A DNA stretch of 64,000 nucleotides. Origin: Chitinophagaceae bacterium. GTDB lineage: Bacteria > Bacteroidota > Bacteroidia > Chitinophagales > Chitinophagaceae. The translations under genes were made by a program, and so were the position numbers. Shown here in pieces: positions 9,149 to 17,214 of this stretch. Location: NCBI GenBank assembly GCA_019247775.1, contig JAFBAN010000248.1, forward strand, positions 97 through 64,096. The letters run 5' to 3'. Position 1 is the first letter of the stretch. Each line of letters begins with the position of its first letter. The notes under the pieces are model-generated. The model was not told the DNA's origin. It searched no databases and saw only the letters and a program-made list of their open reading frames with translations.

Positions 9149-9282
9149 ACAAAACAAAAGTCCCGCAGAAGCGAGACTTTGTATATGGATGGGTTAGTAA
9201 GTACGGGAAATAAATTTCCCATCACAATATTAAAAAGACTTTTAACCAATGCAAAAATTTTTTTAAACAATTTTATTAACAT
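9145..9282 (-). other. Possible 45-aa upstream ORF (MLIKLFKKIFALVKSLF...)
   Basis: Its stop overlaps the downstream ATG as ATGA. The region is AT-rich, so the ORF may be spurious. Confidence 0.3.
9151..9180 (-). terminator. Intrinsic terminator-like hairpin just upstream of the pseudouridine synthase start
   Basis: Minus strand reads aaagtctcgc-ttct-gcgggacttt-tgtttt: a 10-bp stem (one G-U) plus a U-rich tail. Confidence 0.65.
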
Positions 9283-9566
9283 TTTAAGGCAGGGTGTGGA
9301 TTGTAACCGACTATTCTGTATGCGAAGACACAAGCTTAGTTGCTGAAAAGAGTTGATCAGGTGCGCAGGTATTTTTTTTCAATCGGCTGAAACATTGATG
9401 AACAGGGGGTTTCAGCGTGATGCATTCTTTAGTTGGGCAGATCGAAGCAAAGACAAAACAGCATGAGCGATGGTTGCAAAAGCCTTTTTTTAAGCCCGCC
9501 GGCCGCTCAAAAAAAATTTCGGGTTAAGGAGTCTTAGTACCTTTGATTTTACCAAAAACAGGCCTC

Positions 9567-10511
9567 ATGAAGTTTCCCGCCCCCGTTTCAGCGCAATGGT
9601 TAGCCGGCTTGATCAACGCGCAGACCGCCGGTAATACTGCTGCGGAGCTCACCGGTATCAATGAAATTCATAAAGTGGAAAGAGGAGACCTGGTCTTTGT
9701 AGATCATCCGAAATACTATGACAAATGTCTGAAAAGTGAAGCCGCAGGCATCATCATTAATTCGAAAGACGTAACCATTCCAGAGGGAAAAATCATTTTT
9801 GTGGTACCCGATCCTTTCGAAGCTTACCTGAATATCGTTCGCCATTTCAATCCTCCGGTAAAGCCCACCAAAGCCATCAGTGAAGATGCTGTGATAGGAG
9901 AAGGCACGGTGATCATGCCGAATGTTTTTGTGGGGCATCATGTTACCATAGGCAACAATTGCAGGATCTATCCGGGGGTAAGCATACTGCCGCATACCAG
10001 CATTGGCGACAATGTAGTGATACAGGCAGGCGCCGTGATCGGCAGCGATGCATTCTATTACAACGGCAAAAAAGACCGCGCGCTCTGGTATAAACGCATG
10101 GAAAGCTGCGGCAGCGTAGTGATCGAAAACGATGTGGAGATCGGCGCAGGCTGCACCATCGATAGGGGCGTGACTGCCGAGACCAGGATCGGCAGCGGAA
10201 GTAAATTCGATAACATGGTACATGTAGGACACGATGTAACTATCGGCAAAAACTGTCTCTTCGCTGCACAGGTGGGCATTGGCGGTGGCACGGTGATAGA
10301 AGACGGAGTGATCCTCTGGGGGCAGGTAGGCGTAAGCAAAACCCTTACCATCGGCGCCAATGCGATCGTATTGGCGCAGTCGGGCGTGCCTTCTTCGCTT
10401 GCCGGCGGCAAAACTTATTTCGGCTATCCCGCCGAAGAAGCCGGAATCAAACGCCGCGAATTGGTATGGATCAAACGGATACCGGAATTGTGGAAGAAGG
10501 TGATGGAGTGA
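9567..10511 (+). CDS. lpxD: UDP-3-O-acylglucosamine N-acyltransferase family protein (LpxD-like)
   Basis: Left-handed beta-helix hexapeptide repeats, IGSDAF, IDRG, and KFDNMVHVGHDV with the catalytic His. -7 box tacctttg at 9538-9545. Confidence 0.85.
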   Translation: MKFPAPVSAQWLAGLINAQTAGNTAAELTGINEIHKVERGDLVFVDHPKYYDKCLKSEAAGIIINSKDVTIPEGKIIFVVPDPFEAYLNIVRHFNPPVKPTKAISEDAVIGEGTVIMPNVFVGHHVTIGNNCRIYPGVSILPHTSIGDNVVIQAGAVIGSDAFYYNGKKDRALWYKRMESCGSVVIENDVEIGAGCTIDRGVTAETRIGSGSKFDNMVHVGHDVTIGKNCLFAAQVGIGGGTVIEDGVILWGQVGVSKTLTIGANAIVLAQSGVPSSLAGGKTYFGYPAEEAGIKRRELVWIKRIPELWKKVME

Positions 10512-10526
10512 GGGGGGGTGAATGGT

Positions 10527-10578
10527 GAAACGTGAGGCGTGAGGCGTGAGACGGGAGGCGTGAGATGGGAGACGGGGG
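10527..10578. repeat. Heptamer tandem repeat (gtgaggc/gtgagac)
   Basis: cgtgagg cgtgagg cgtgaga cgggagg cgtgaga tgggaga. Confidence 0.8.
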
Positions 10579-10612
10579 GCGATCAATATCATAAAAAACA
10601 TTTGATACCTAT

Positions 10613-11095
10613 ATGCCGGTCATACGCTTGCAGACTGTTATCGAGGCGGGCATTGAAACATGTTTCGACCTGGCACGGAGTATCGATCTGCATATTATTT
10701 CTACCAGCGGCTCCAATGAAAAAGCTATCGATGGCAAGGTGTCGGGATTGATCGGGCCGGGAGAGTTCGTTACCTGGCAGGCGCGGCATTTCGGGTTAAG
10801 CCAGAAACTCAGTTCACGCATCACACAATACAGTTATCCATTTCATTTCAGGGACGAGCAGATCAAGGGGCCTTTCCATCACCTCGTACACGATCACTAT
10901 TTCAGCGAACGGGATGGATCGGTGCAGATGACCGATGTTTTCGATTTTGCTTCTCCGCTGGGTATACTGGGAAAACTGGCCGATCTTCTGTTCCTTGAGC
11001 GGTATATGAAAAAACTGCTTCAGACCCGGAATGCCGTTCTGAAGAAATATGCGGAAGGCGATGAGCGGCATGCCTTGTTGCGTACACCGGGATAA
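10613..11095 (+). CDS. SRPBCC family protein
   Basis: FDLARSIDLH, VTWQARHFG, FRDEQIKGPF and MTDVF pattern. Confidence 0.85.
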   Translation: MPVIRLQTVIEAGIETCFDLARSIDLHIISTSGSNEKAIDGKVSGLIGPGEFVTWQARHFGLSQKLSSRITQYSYPFHFRDEQIKGPFHHLVHDHYFSERDGSVQMTDVFDFASPLGILGKLADLLFLERYMKKLLQTRNAVLKKYAEGDERHALLRTPG

Positions 11096-11106
11096 GCCGG
11101 GAGATA

Positions 11107-11133
11107 AGCCGCAGATCGGATGGATCTGCGGCT
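11107..11133. terminator. Hairpin between convergent genes
   Basis: Perfect 11-bp stem agccgcagatc-ggatg-gatctgcggct, with no long U-tract. Confidence 0.55.
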
Positions 11134-11141
11134 ATTTGGTC

Positions 11142-12044
11142 TCAGTGTTTCAGCGCTGCTATCCGCTTCTTCAATTCCTCATCCCCGGGTTTTAAAGCCA
11201 AGGCGCGTTCAAGCGCAGTTGCAGCTTCGATCGTTCGCCCCGATCTGATCAGCACATCTGCGAGCGAGCTTAAGGCAGATGCGCTTTCCGGAAAAAGCAG
11301 GCTGTTCAGTTGGAACACATTCAATGCCTCTGTTGTCTTACCTGCAGCGAGCAGCATATTTGCATAACCGGCAAATTCTCCATAGTATTTTACGATCGGT
11401 TTGAGCTGCGCAGCTGCCCGCTGCAATTCTGTAAGATCCATGGCACTCCCTCCGCTGGCATTTTCCTGCCAGTAGGCGATGGCCTGGTAGTTGGGATGAT
11501 AGGACTCGTGTTTCAGGATCGAGAGCAGGTCTTTTTCCAGTGACAGTACCGGCGATTCAATGATCCTTCCCAATTCCTTTTTCCCTTCATACACAATAAA
11601 AGTGGGCACGTGATGGATATTTTTTCCCTGCTCTTCATGCTGCGGGCTCTGCTTATAGCTGGCGGCGGCATTGTCTACAAAGATCAGCGCCAGCCGGTTG
11701 GTATCCACACCTGCCTGTTGTAATATCTTGAGCATACGGGGCACTTCACGCCGGCTATCTCCACACCAGGAGCCCAGGAAAATCTCCATGGTCTTACCCT
11801 TCAGCAGCGGTCTGAGCTGCAGTACCGAATTCGTATCGGTTGAATAAGTATTGTACGACTGATCGAACCAGTTTTTATAATTGGGCCAGCCAAGCACGGC
11901 AGGAGAAGCATGTCCGGCCAGGATCAGCTGACCATTCGCATTTTTGATCTCGGTATTGATGACCTGCGTTCCGGTTGGAAGCATGGCGCGTTGGCAGGCA
12001 GCAGCGAATGAAATGGCTGCTACCAGAAAAAAAATATTTTTCAT
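11142..12044 (-). CDS. Lipoprotein with thioredoxin-like (WCGDS) domain and C-terminal TPR repeats
   Basis: Signal peptide ending FAAAC, FLGSWCGDS, VPTFI, GRIIESP, and an Ala/Leu helical TPR tail. Confidence 0.8.
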   Translation of the reverse strand: MKNIFFLVAAISFAAACQRAMLPTGTQVINTEIKNANGQLILAGHASPAVLGWPNYKNWFDQSYNTYSTDTNSVLQLRPLLKGKTMEIFLGSWCGDSRREVPRMLKILQQAGVDTNRLALIFVDNAAASYKQSPQHEEQGKNIHHVPTFIVYEGKKELGRIIESPVLSLEKDLLSILKHESYHPNYQAIAYWQENASGGSAMDLTELQRAAAQLKPIVKYYGEFAGYANMLLAAGKTTEALNVFQLNSLLFPESASALSSLADVLIRSGRTIEAATALERALALKPGDEELKKRIAALKH

Positions 12045-12101
12045 GAATGAATTGTTGAAGATGATAAATGAGTTTACGGCTGGTACCGAATGCTTAAGCA
12101 A

Positions 12102-12198
12102 CCCTTTGCGAACCTTGCGTTCCTTTGCGGACTTTGCGTTACTGCCGGGTTCAGGATTTTGTAGCGCAGGGAACACAGGGAACCGCAGGGAACGCAGG
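12102..12198. repeat. ctttgcg/cgcaggg-unit palindromic element
   Basis: About four 9-10 nt units inverted against four cgcagggaac units. Relatives at 18356 and 21807. Confidence 0.8.
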
Positions 12199-12211
12199 TA
12201 ACAAATAGCAC

Positions 12212-12258
12212 ACTTATTACTTATTACTTATTACGTACTACTTATTACTTACTACCTA
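12212..12258. repeat. Heptamer tandem repeat (ttattac)
   Basis: acttatt repeated with point variants. Confidence 0.8.
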
Positions 12259-12331
12259 CAGCCAGCCTTCAATGGAGCACGACATAGCACTGCACTTATG
12301 GATGCACTGCATGGAACTCCGGGATATTACG

Positions 12332-12670
12332 TTAAACGCGGGGAGGGTGGAAAACAGCCTGCAGGGATTGGAGCGGAATATCGGCTGGTTTGAACAGAGA
12401 CGGTGTTAATTCAACAAGAGATTGCGCAACGCCCAGCCGGAACGCCGTTTCAGGCAGATATTTCCAGTCTGCTTTCAATGAGATCTCCTGTTGCTTGGGG
12501 TTATCGGGACCGTAAGGGATCATATCGGCGTCAACGATCTTGTTACAATCGCAGAGCAGCGGGTCCTGGTTGGAGAGAACGATATAGGAGCAATCCACAT
12601 AAGCCAGCAGTTTGGCTACATGCGGTGTGTACAACGAGAGCGCTAATATCAGGGTAAGTACCTGTTTCAA
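12332..12670 (-). CDS. Small secreted Cys-containing protein with C-terminal HPP motif
   Basis: Hydrophobic N-terminus, DC and CDC, and C-terminus VFHPPRV. Confidence 0.75.
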   Translation of the reverse strand: MKQVLTLILALSLYTPHVAKLLAYVDCSYIVLSNQDPLLCDCNKIVDADMIPYGPDNPKQQEISLKADWKYLPETAFRLGVAQSLVELTPSLFKPADIPLQSLQAVFHPPRV

Positions 12671-12684
12671 CTTTGTGCGTTGAA

Positions 12685-13662
12685 CTACAAGTTATGCATT
12701 TTCTTTAACTCCTCACAGATGCGCTCCAATGAGTCGTCCATAGAAGAGTATTTGAAATTTGGGAAGAACCGCTGGATCTTGCGGTTATCGATCTGCACTT
12801 TGGCCGCGGCCGTGCGCGCTGTTTCGCGTGTGAGCATCGGGTCTTTGCCGGTAAAAAAGGATTTGATCGCTTCCCATCTCCATACCAATCCGGCGATCAG
12901 CGGGGTTACTTTCCGGTGTGGCGGCCGCTTGTTGAAATTACGTGCGATCCAGGTGAACATACTCCTGAAAGGATAATTGTCGGCGCTGATGATAAACCGT
13001 TCCCCGGTTATCTTAACGGCATGCATCAGCATCACCATGGCCCGTACCACGTCTTCCACATCCACAAACCCGCTGACGCCTTCTGTATACCAGGGAAACT
13101 CTTCATAAGCCGATTTAAATATTTCCGAAGAACCCTTTTCCCAATTTCCTGCGCCGAGTATGATCACAGGATTCACGATCACCACATCGAGACCTTCGCC
13201 GATGCCGCGCCAGGTTTCGAGTTCGGCCAGGTATTTGGTCTTGCCGTATTCACTGTTGCTGGTCTCTTCCGACCAGACCATGTCTTCATTGATGGGACTA
13301 TCCTCGCGGATCCGGCCCATGGCGGCAATAGAGCTCACATGCAGCAGGCGCTTAACTCCGGCATCGAGGCAGGCATTCACCACGTTGGCTGTTCCTTCTA
13401 CGTTTACCTTGTGCATCTGCGCTTTTTTCCGCGGATTGAATGATACCATGGCGGCGCAGTGGTAAACATATTCAACTCCGGCCATCGCTTCTTCTAATGA
13501 AACGGTATCGAGGATATCGCCTTGTACCCATATCGCTTTATCGCTTCCTTCTATTTGCGGGATTTCTGAGCGGTACAGTGCTTTTACGGTCTGACCATCA
13601 TTCACCAGCTTTTTCAGCAGGTGCGAACCCAATAAGCCGGTAGCGCCGGTGATCAATACCAT
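12685..13662 (-). CDS. NAD-dependent epimerase/dehydratase family protein
   Basis: TGATGLLGS, HCAA, HVSS and catalytic YGKTK. ATG at 13662. Confidence 0.9.
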   Translation of the reverse strand: MVLITGATGLLGSHLLKKLVNDGQTVKALYRSEIPQIEGSDKAIWVQGDILDTVSLEEAMAGVEYVYHCAAMVSFNPRKKAQMHKVNVEGTANVVNACLDAGVKRLLHVSSIAAMGRIREDSPINEDMVWSEETSNSEYGKTKYLAELETWRGIGEGLDVVIVNPVIILGAGNWEKGSSEIFKSAYEEFPWYTEGVSGFVDVEDVVRAMVMLMHAVKITGERFIISADNYPFRSMFTWIARNFNKRPPHRKVTPLIAGLVWRWEAIKSFFTGKDPMLTRETARTAAAKVQIDNRKIQRFFPNFKYSSMDDSLERICEELKKMHNL

Positions 13663-13752
13663 GATGCGGATTTGGACGAAGATACGTTGCAAAAAAAGTA
13701 CAGCTATAACTGGCGCACTGAAATCTGAAGATTAGGTATAAACACCTGTTAT

Positions 13753-14169
13753 TTATACGCATTTCTGGCATTTACCGCTCACCACCACATCTGTTTGCGT
13801 GGCGCGGAAACCCTGCGGCAACGCCACAGGCGGTATGGTTACATGATCCAGGCAATAGGTGGTGCCGCAGTCGTCGCACATAAAATGCACATGATCATCG
13901 TGGTGGTGGCCCGAGCTGCAGTCATCCTTGCACAAAGCATAACGCACCGAATTATCGGCGGTGGGTATGGGGTGAATAATACCTTTTTCAACAAAGGTCT
14001 GCAGGGTACGGTAAATGGTTACGCGGTCGAATTCGGTGCCGCTATGGTGTTCGATATCTGCATGGGCCAGCGCGCCGTCGGTGCGCATGAACATTTCCAG
14101 GATCTTTTTCCGGCTGTCGGTAACGCTTAGCTGGTTCTTCTTCAACATTTCAATTACGGCGTATAGCAT
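13753..14169 (-). CDS. Fur family transcriptional regulator (Zur/Fur-like)
   Basis: DRVTIYRTL HTH, HHHDDHVHFMCDDC and C-terminal CQKC. Confidence 0.92.
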   Translation of the reverse strand: MLYAVIEMLKKNQLSVTDSRKKILEMFMRTDGALAHADIEHHSGTEFDRVTIYRTLQTFVEKGIIHPIPTADNSVRYALCKDDCSSGHHHDDHVHFMCDDCGTTYCLDHVTIPPVALPQGFRATQTDVVVSGKCQKCV

Positions 14170-14263
14170 ATTCTCATTTTTGAATCTCCGAATTTCGGTT
14201 TTTTAACACAGAGGTACAGAGGTGGCACGGAGGTCACGGAGAACCTCTAACTTAGAAACGCAT

Positions 14264-14902
14264 TTAGTTAACCATGCTTGTGACGTGCTCGGGCTTTTCT
14301 TTCAGTAAGGTTTTGATATCTTTTTTCAAACGCTCCAGTTCTGCCTGCTTCAGGCCGTCATATACCTGGCCCCGCACTTTCCCCTCACGGTCTACCAACG
14401 CGAAGAATTGGGTATGGATGAACTGGTCCTCTATCTTCTGCAGGTTGTTCTTCGGGTCGTCCAGTAAATAGGAACTCCGGGCGGCCTGGTATAAACTGTC
14501 TTTCCGGCCCGTAAGCAAAACCCATTTATGCGTATCGATCTTCATCGAATCGGCATATACTTTCAGCCTGGCCGCAGAATCGCGCTCCGGATCGCAGGTA
14601 TGGGATACTACCTGGAAGTCGGGCTCTTCACGGAAGGCATCGTACACTGTTTTCATATTGGCATTCATTTTCGGACAAATGCCTTTGCAGGTGGTGAAGA
14701 AATATTCCACCACAGACACTTTGCCCAGCATATTCCGATCGGTGTATGCCTGGCCGTCCTGGGTGGTAAACCTGAAAGGCTTTACATCGCTGATCACCGG
14801 CAATTTGGTGCGCCAGAAATCATTGTCGCGGAATAACCCATAATAAAAACCGACCACCAGCGCCACGAAGAAAACAGCATAGAATACCTGCTTTTTGCTC
14901 AT
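14264..14902 (-). CDS. SCO family copper chaperone
   Basis: FFTTCKGICP (CxxxC), DPERD and conserved His in FIHTQ. ATG at 14902. Confidence 0.92.
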   Translation of the reverse strand: MSKKQVFYAVFFVALVVGFYYGLFRDNDFWRTKLPVISDVKPFRFTTQDGQAYTDRNMLGKVSVVEYFFTTCKGICPKMNANMKTVYDAFREEPDFQVVSHTCDPERDSAARLKVYADSMKIDTHKWVLLTGRKDSLYQAARSSYLLDDPKNNLQKIEDQFIHTQFFALVDREGKVRGQVYDGLKQAELERLKKDIKTLLKEKPEHVTSMVN

Positions 14903-14953
14903 AAATAGCCTTTGAAACACGAAGTTAATACTTAAAAAACCAGTTTCCAATAT

Positions 14954-14972
14954 TTTGCAACATTGTTGCAAA
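14954..14972. promoter_or_regulatory. Perfect 9-1-9 palindrome, candidate Fur-family operator
   Basis: tttgcaaca-t-tgttgcaaa lies 4 nt upstream of the merC-like -7 box (tatttttg, 14977-14984). Confidence 0.65.
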
Positions 14973-14989
14973 GTTGTATTTTTGCTGCT

Positions 14990-15382
14990 ATGCGAGGAAA
15001 GATCAATTGGGATGCGATCGGGGTTACCACATCGCTGGCCTGCGCCATCCATTGCGCGTTGCTGCCACTGCTCATGACCAGCCTGCCATTATTCGGGGTG
15101 AATATTATCGAGAATACAGGATTCGAGATCGGGATGGCGGCACTGGCATTCGGGATCGGGTCTTATTCTTTATACCATGGGCGTAAAAAGCATCATCATA
15201 GCTGGCTGCCGCTGGTGGTGTTTGCCATTGGTGTAGTGTTGTTATTCGCCAAGATCGCCTGGCATGAATGGAGCCTGGTATTATTGATCCCCGCCGTGGC
15301 TGCCATCGTATCCGCCCACTACCTCAACTACCGCCTCTGCCGCGGCCATGACCATGCCCACGAGGATGATTGCGATCACTAA
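14990..15382 (+). CDS. MerC domain-containing membrane protein with His-rich tail
   Basis: SLACAIHCALLP, 4 TM segments and C-terminal HDHAHEDDCDH. Confidence 0.85.
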   Translation: MRGKINWDAIGVTTSLACAIHCALLPLLMTSLPLFGVNIIENTGFEIGMAALAFGIGSYSLYHGRKKHHHSWLPLVVFAIGVVLLFAKIAWHEWSLVLLIPAVAAIVSAHYLNYRLCRGHDHAHEDDCDH

Positions 15383-15389
15383 TCTTTCT

Positions 15390-15595
15390 TTTTGCCTTCT
15401 TTGCTCCTATCCACTCTTAGCGAAACGGTTTAGAGTGCAGCACCCGGTTTCAATAAAAGAAGAACGAAGAAAAAAAGATAAGAAAGTTCCTTTTTTTCTT
15501 CGTTCTTCTTCTATTGCGCAGCTGATGGTTTCGCTAAGAGGTTAAAAGAGCGAAGGAGGGTAGCAGGAGATACATCTGTTCCCTACTCCTTACTC
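15390..15595. repeat. Mosaic palindromic element (modules A and B)
   Basis: Module A ttcaataaaagaagaacgaag...cttcgttcttcttctattg lies between B arms ctcttagcgaaac and gtttcgctaagag. Confidence 0.8.
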
Positions 15596-15596
15596 A

Positions 15597-17099
15597 TTAC
15601 CCGATGCTATAGCTCATCCCGCCATCCTTTTCATCTTTCAGTTGCACGCCCAGTTCGGCCAGTTCATTCCTGATCTTATCGCTGGTTACAAAATCCTTGC
15701 GGCTTTTGGCTTCTTTGCGGATGTCGATGAGGAGCTGAAGCACGCCATCCAGCTTGCCGCCATTTTCCGTGCGTTCATTTACAAGGCCGAAGATCTCTTC
15801 CACAAATAATTTCATCTGCCGCCGCAGGTTGGCAACAGTTTCTTTAGCCAAAGCCGAAGCAGGTATATGTTTGTCCTTGATGGAATTGATCACCGGCACC
15901 AGTTCAAACATGTTGGCGAGCACTTTGGCCGTGTTGAGATCATCATTCATGAATTCATCAAACTCATTCGCCAGCTTTTGCACTTTTGCATCCAGCTCCG
16001 CATCGGCGCCATCGCCGCCCAGCCCTTCCTGCTGCTGCAGCCATTCATGGGCTTCCATCAGTCTCTTTAAGGCTTTCTCAGCCCCCTGCAAAGCTTCATT
16101 GCTGAAATCGAGCGTGCCGCGGTAGTGGCTCTGCAGAATGAAGAACCGGACAGTCATGGGCGCATAGGCCTGCGTAAGCATGGGATGTTCGCCGCTGAAC
16201 AGTTCTGTTAACCTGATCACATTGTTATAGCTCTTCCCCATTTTCCGGCCGTTGATGGTGATCATATTATTGTGCAGCCAGTAGCGGGCCATCATCTTAT
16301 GATTGCAAACAGCGCTCTGCGCGATCTCGCACTCATGGTGCGGGAACTGCAGGTCCATACCGCCACCATGGATATCGAACTCATCGCCGAGGTATTTTTT
16401 ACTCATGGCCGAGCACTCGATATGCCAGCCCGGAAACCCTTCGCCCCAGGGGCTCTGCCAGCGCATGATATGCTCCGGCGGCGCATTCTTCCAGAGCGCG
16501 AAATCGCTTTTGTTGCGTTTGTCTTCCTGGTTATCGAGGTCGCGGGTAGTATCGATCTGGTCTTCCAGTACCCGCCCGCTGAGTATGCCATAAGGCTGAC
16601 CCTTCTTCGAAAAATCGGTATTGTATTTCTCCACATCGAAATACACCGAGCCGTTCGCTTCATAAGCATATCCTGCAGCAATGATCTTTTTGATCATTTC
16701 GATCTGTTCAATGATATGGCCTGTAGCGGTAGGCTCTATTGCCGGCACCAGGTTATTCAGGCGGTTCATGGCCCAGTGATAGAGATTGGTGTATTTATGT
16801 ACCAGCTCCATCGGTTCCAGTTTTTCGAGCACTGCTTTTTTGCTGATCTTGTCTTCGGCTTCTCTCCCCTCTTCTTCAAAATGGCCGGCATCGGTGAGGT
16901 TGCGCACATAACGGACCTTATAACCCAGGTGCATCAGGTACCGGTAGAGTACATCGAAGGTCACATAAGGCCGTGCATGACCGAGATGGCTTTCGCCGCT
17001 CACCGTTGGTCCGCATACATACATACCCACATAGGGGGGATTGATGGGCTGGAACGTTTCTTTCTGACGGGTTAATGAATTGTATACTTTGAGTGACAT
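15597..17099 (-). CDS. cysS: Cysteinyl-tRNA synthetase
   Basis: YVCGPTV, HLGH (HIGH-like), [27 protein letters not shown] and KMGKS. ATG at 17099. Confidence 0.98.
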   Translation of the reverse strand: MSLKVYNSLTRQKETFQPINPPYVGMYVCGPTVSGESHLGHARPYVTFDVLYRYLMHLGYKVRYVRNLTDAGHFEEEGREAEDKISKKAVLEKLEPMELVHKYTNLYHWAMNRLNNLVPAIEPTATGHIIEQIEMIKKIIAAGYAYEANGSVYFDVEKYNTDFSKKGQPYGILSGRVLEDQIDTTRDLDNQEDKRNKSDFALWKNAPPEHIMRWQSPWGEGFPGWHIECSAMSKKYLGDEFDIHGGGMDLQFPHHECEIAQSAVCNHKMMARYWLHNNMITINGRKMGKSYNNVIRLTELFSGEHPMLTQAYAPMTVRFFILQSHYRGTLDFSNEALQGAEKALKRLMEAHEWLQQQEGLGGDGADAELDAKVQKLANEFDEFMNDDLNTAKVLANMFELVPVINSIKDKHIPASALAKETVANLRRQMKLFVEEIFGLVNERTENGGKLDGVLQLLIDIRKEAKSRKDFVTSDKIRNELAELGVQLKDEKDGGMSYSIG

Positions 17100-17157
17100 G
17101 TAAAGGAGTTGCGTTAAAGATGACAAACAGATTCCTGCTCCCGCACGGGGGCGCTGA

Positions 17158-17199
17158 TCAGCAACAGCAGCAACAACAGGATATGAGCGGGTGTCTCAT
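17158..17199 (-). CDS. Putative polycysteine leader peptide MRHPLISCCCCCC upstream of cysS
   Basis: atg aga cac ccg ctc ata tcc tgt tgt tgc tgc tgt tgc tga. The stop is 58 nt before the cysS ATG. Confidence 0.75.
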   Translation of the reverse strand: MRHPLISCCCCCC

Positions 17200-17206
17200 G
17201 GAGCGA

Positions 17207-17214
17207 CGAAGATA
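17207..17214 (-). promoter_or_regulatory. -7 element variant (tatcttcg) ahead of the polyCys leader
   Basis: One mismatch to TAnnTTTG, 7 nt before the leader ATG. Confidence 0.5.

Noticed and set aside
9181-9540. AT-rich gap considered as oriC
   Set aside because: There are only two loose DnaA-box-like words and no clustering or usual neighbours.
9600-10601. Long antisense ORFs (also 7053-7697, 16272-17075, 17191-17841, 19474-20127, 21034-21858)
   Set aside because: Each lies opposite a well-supported gene and shows no protein motifs. This is expected from codon bias at this GC content.
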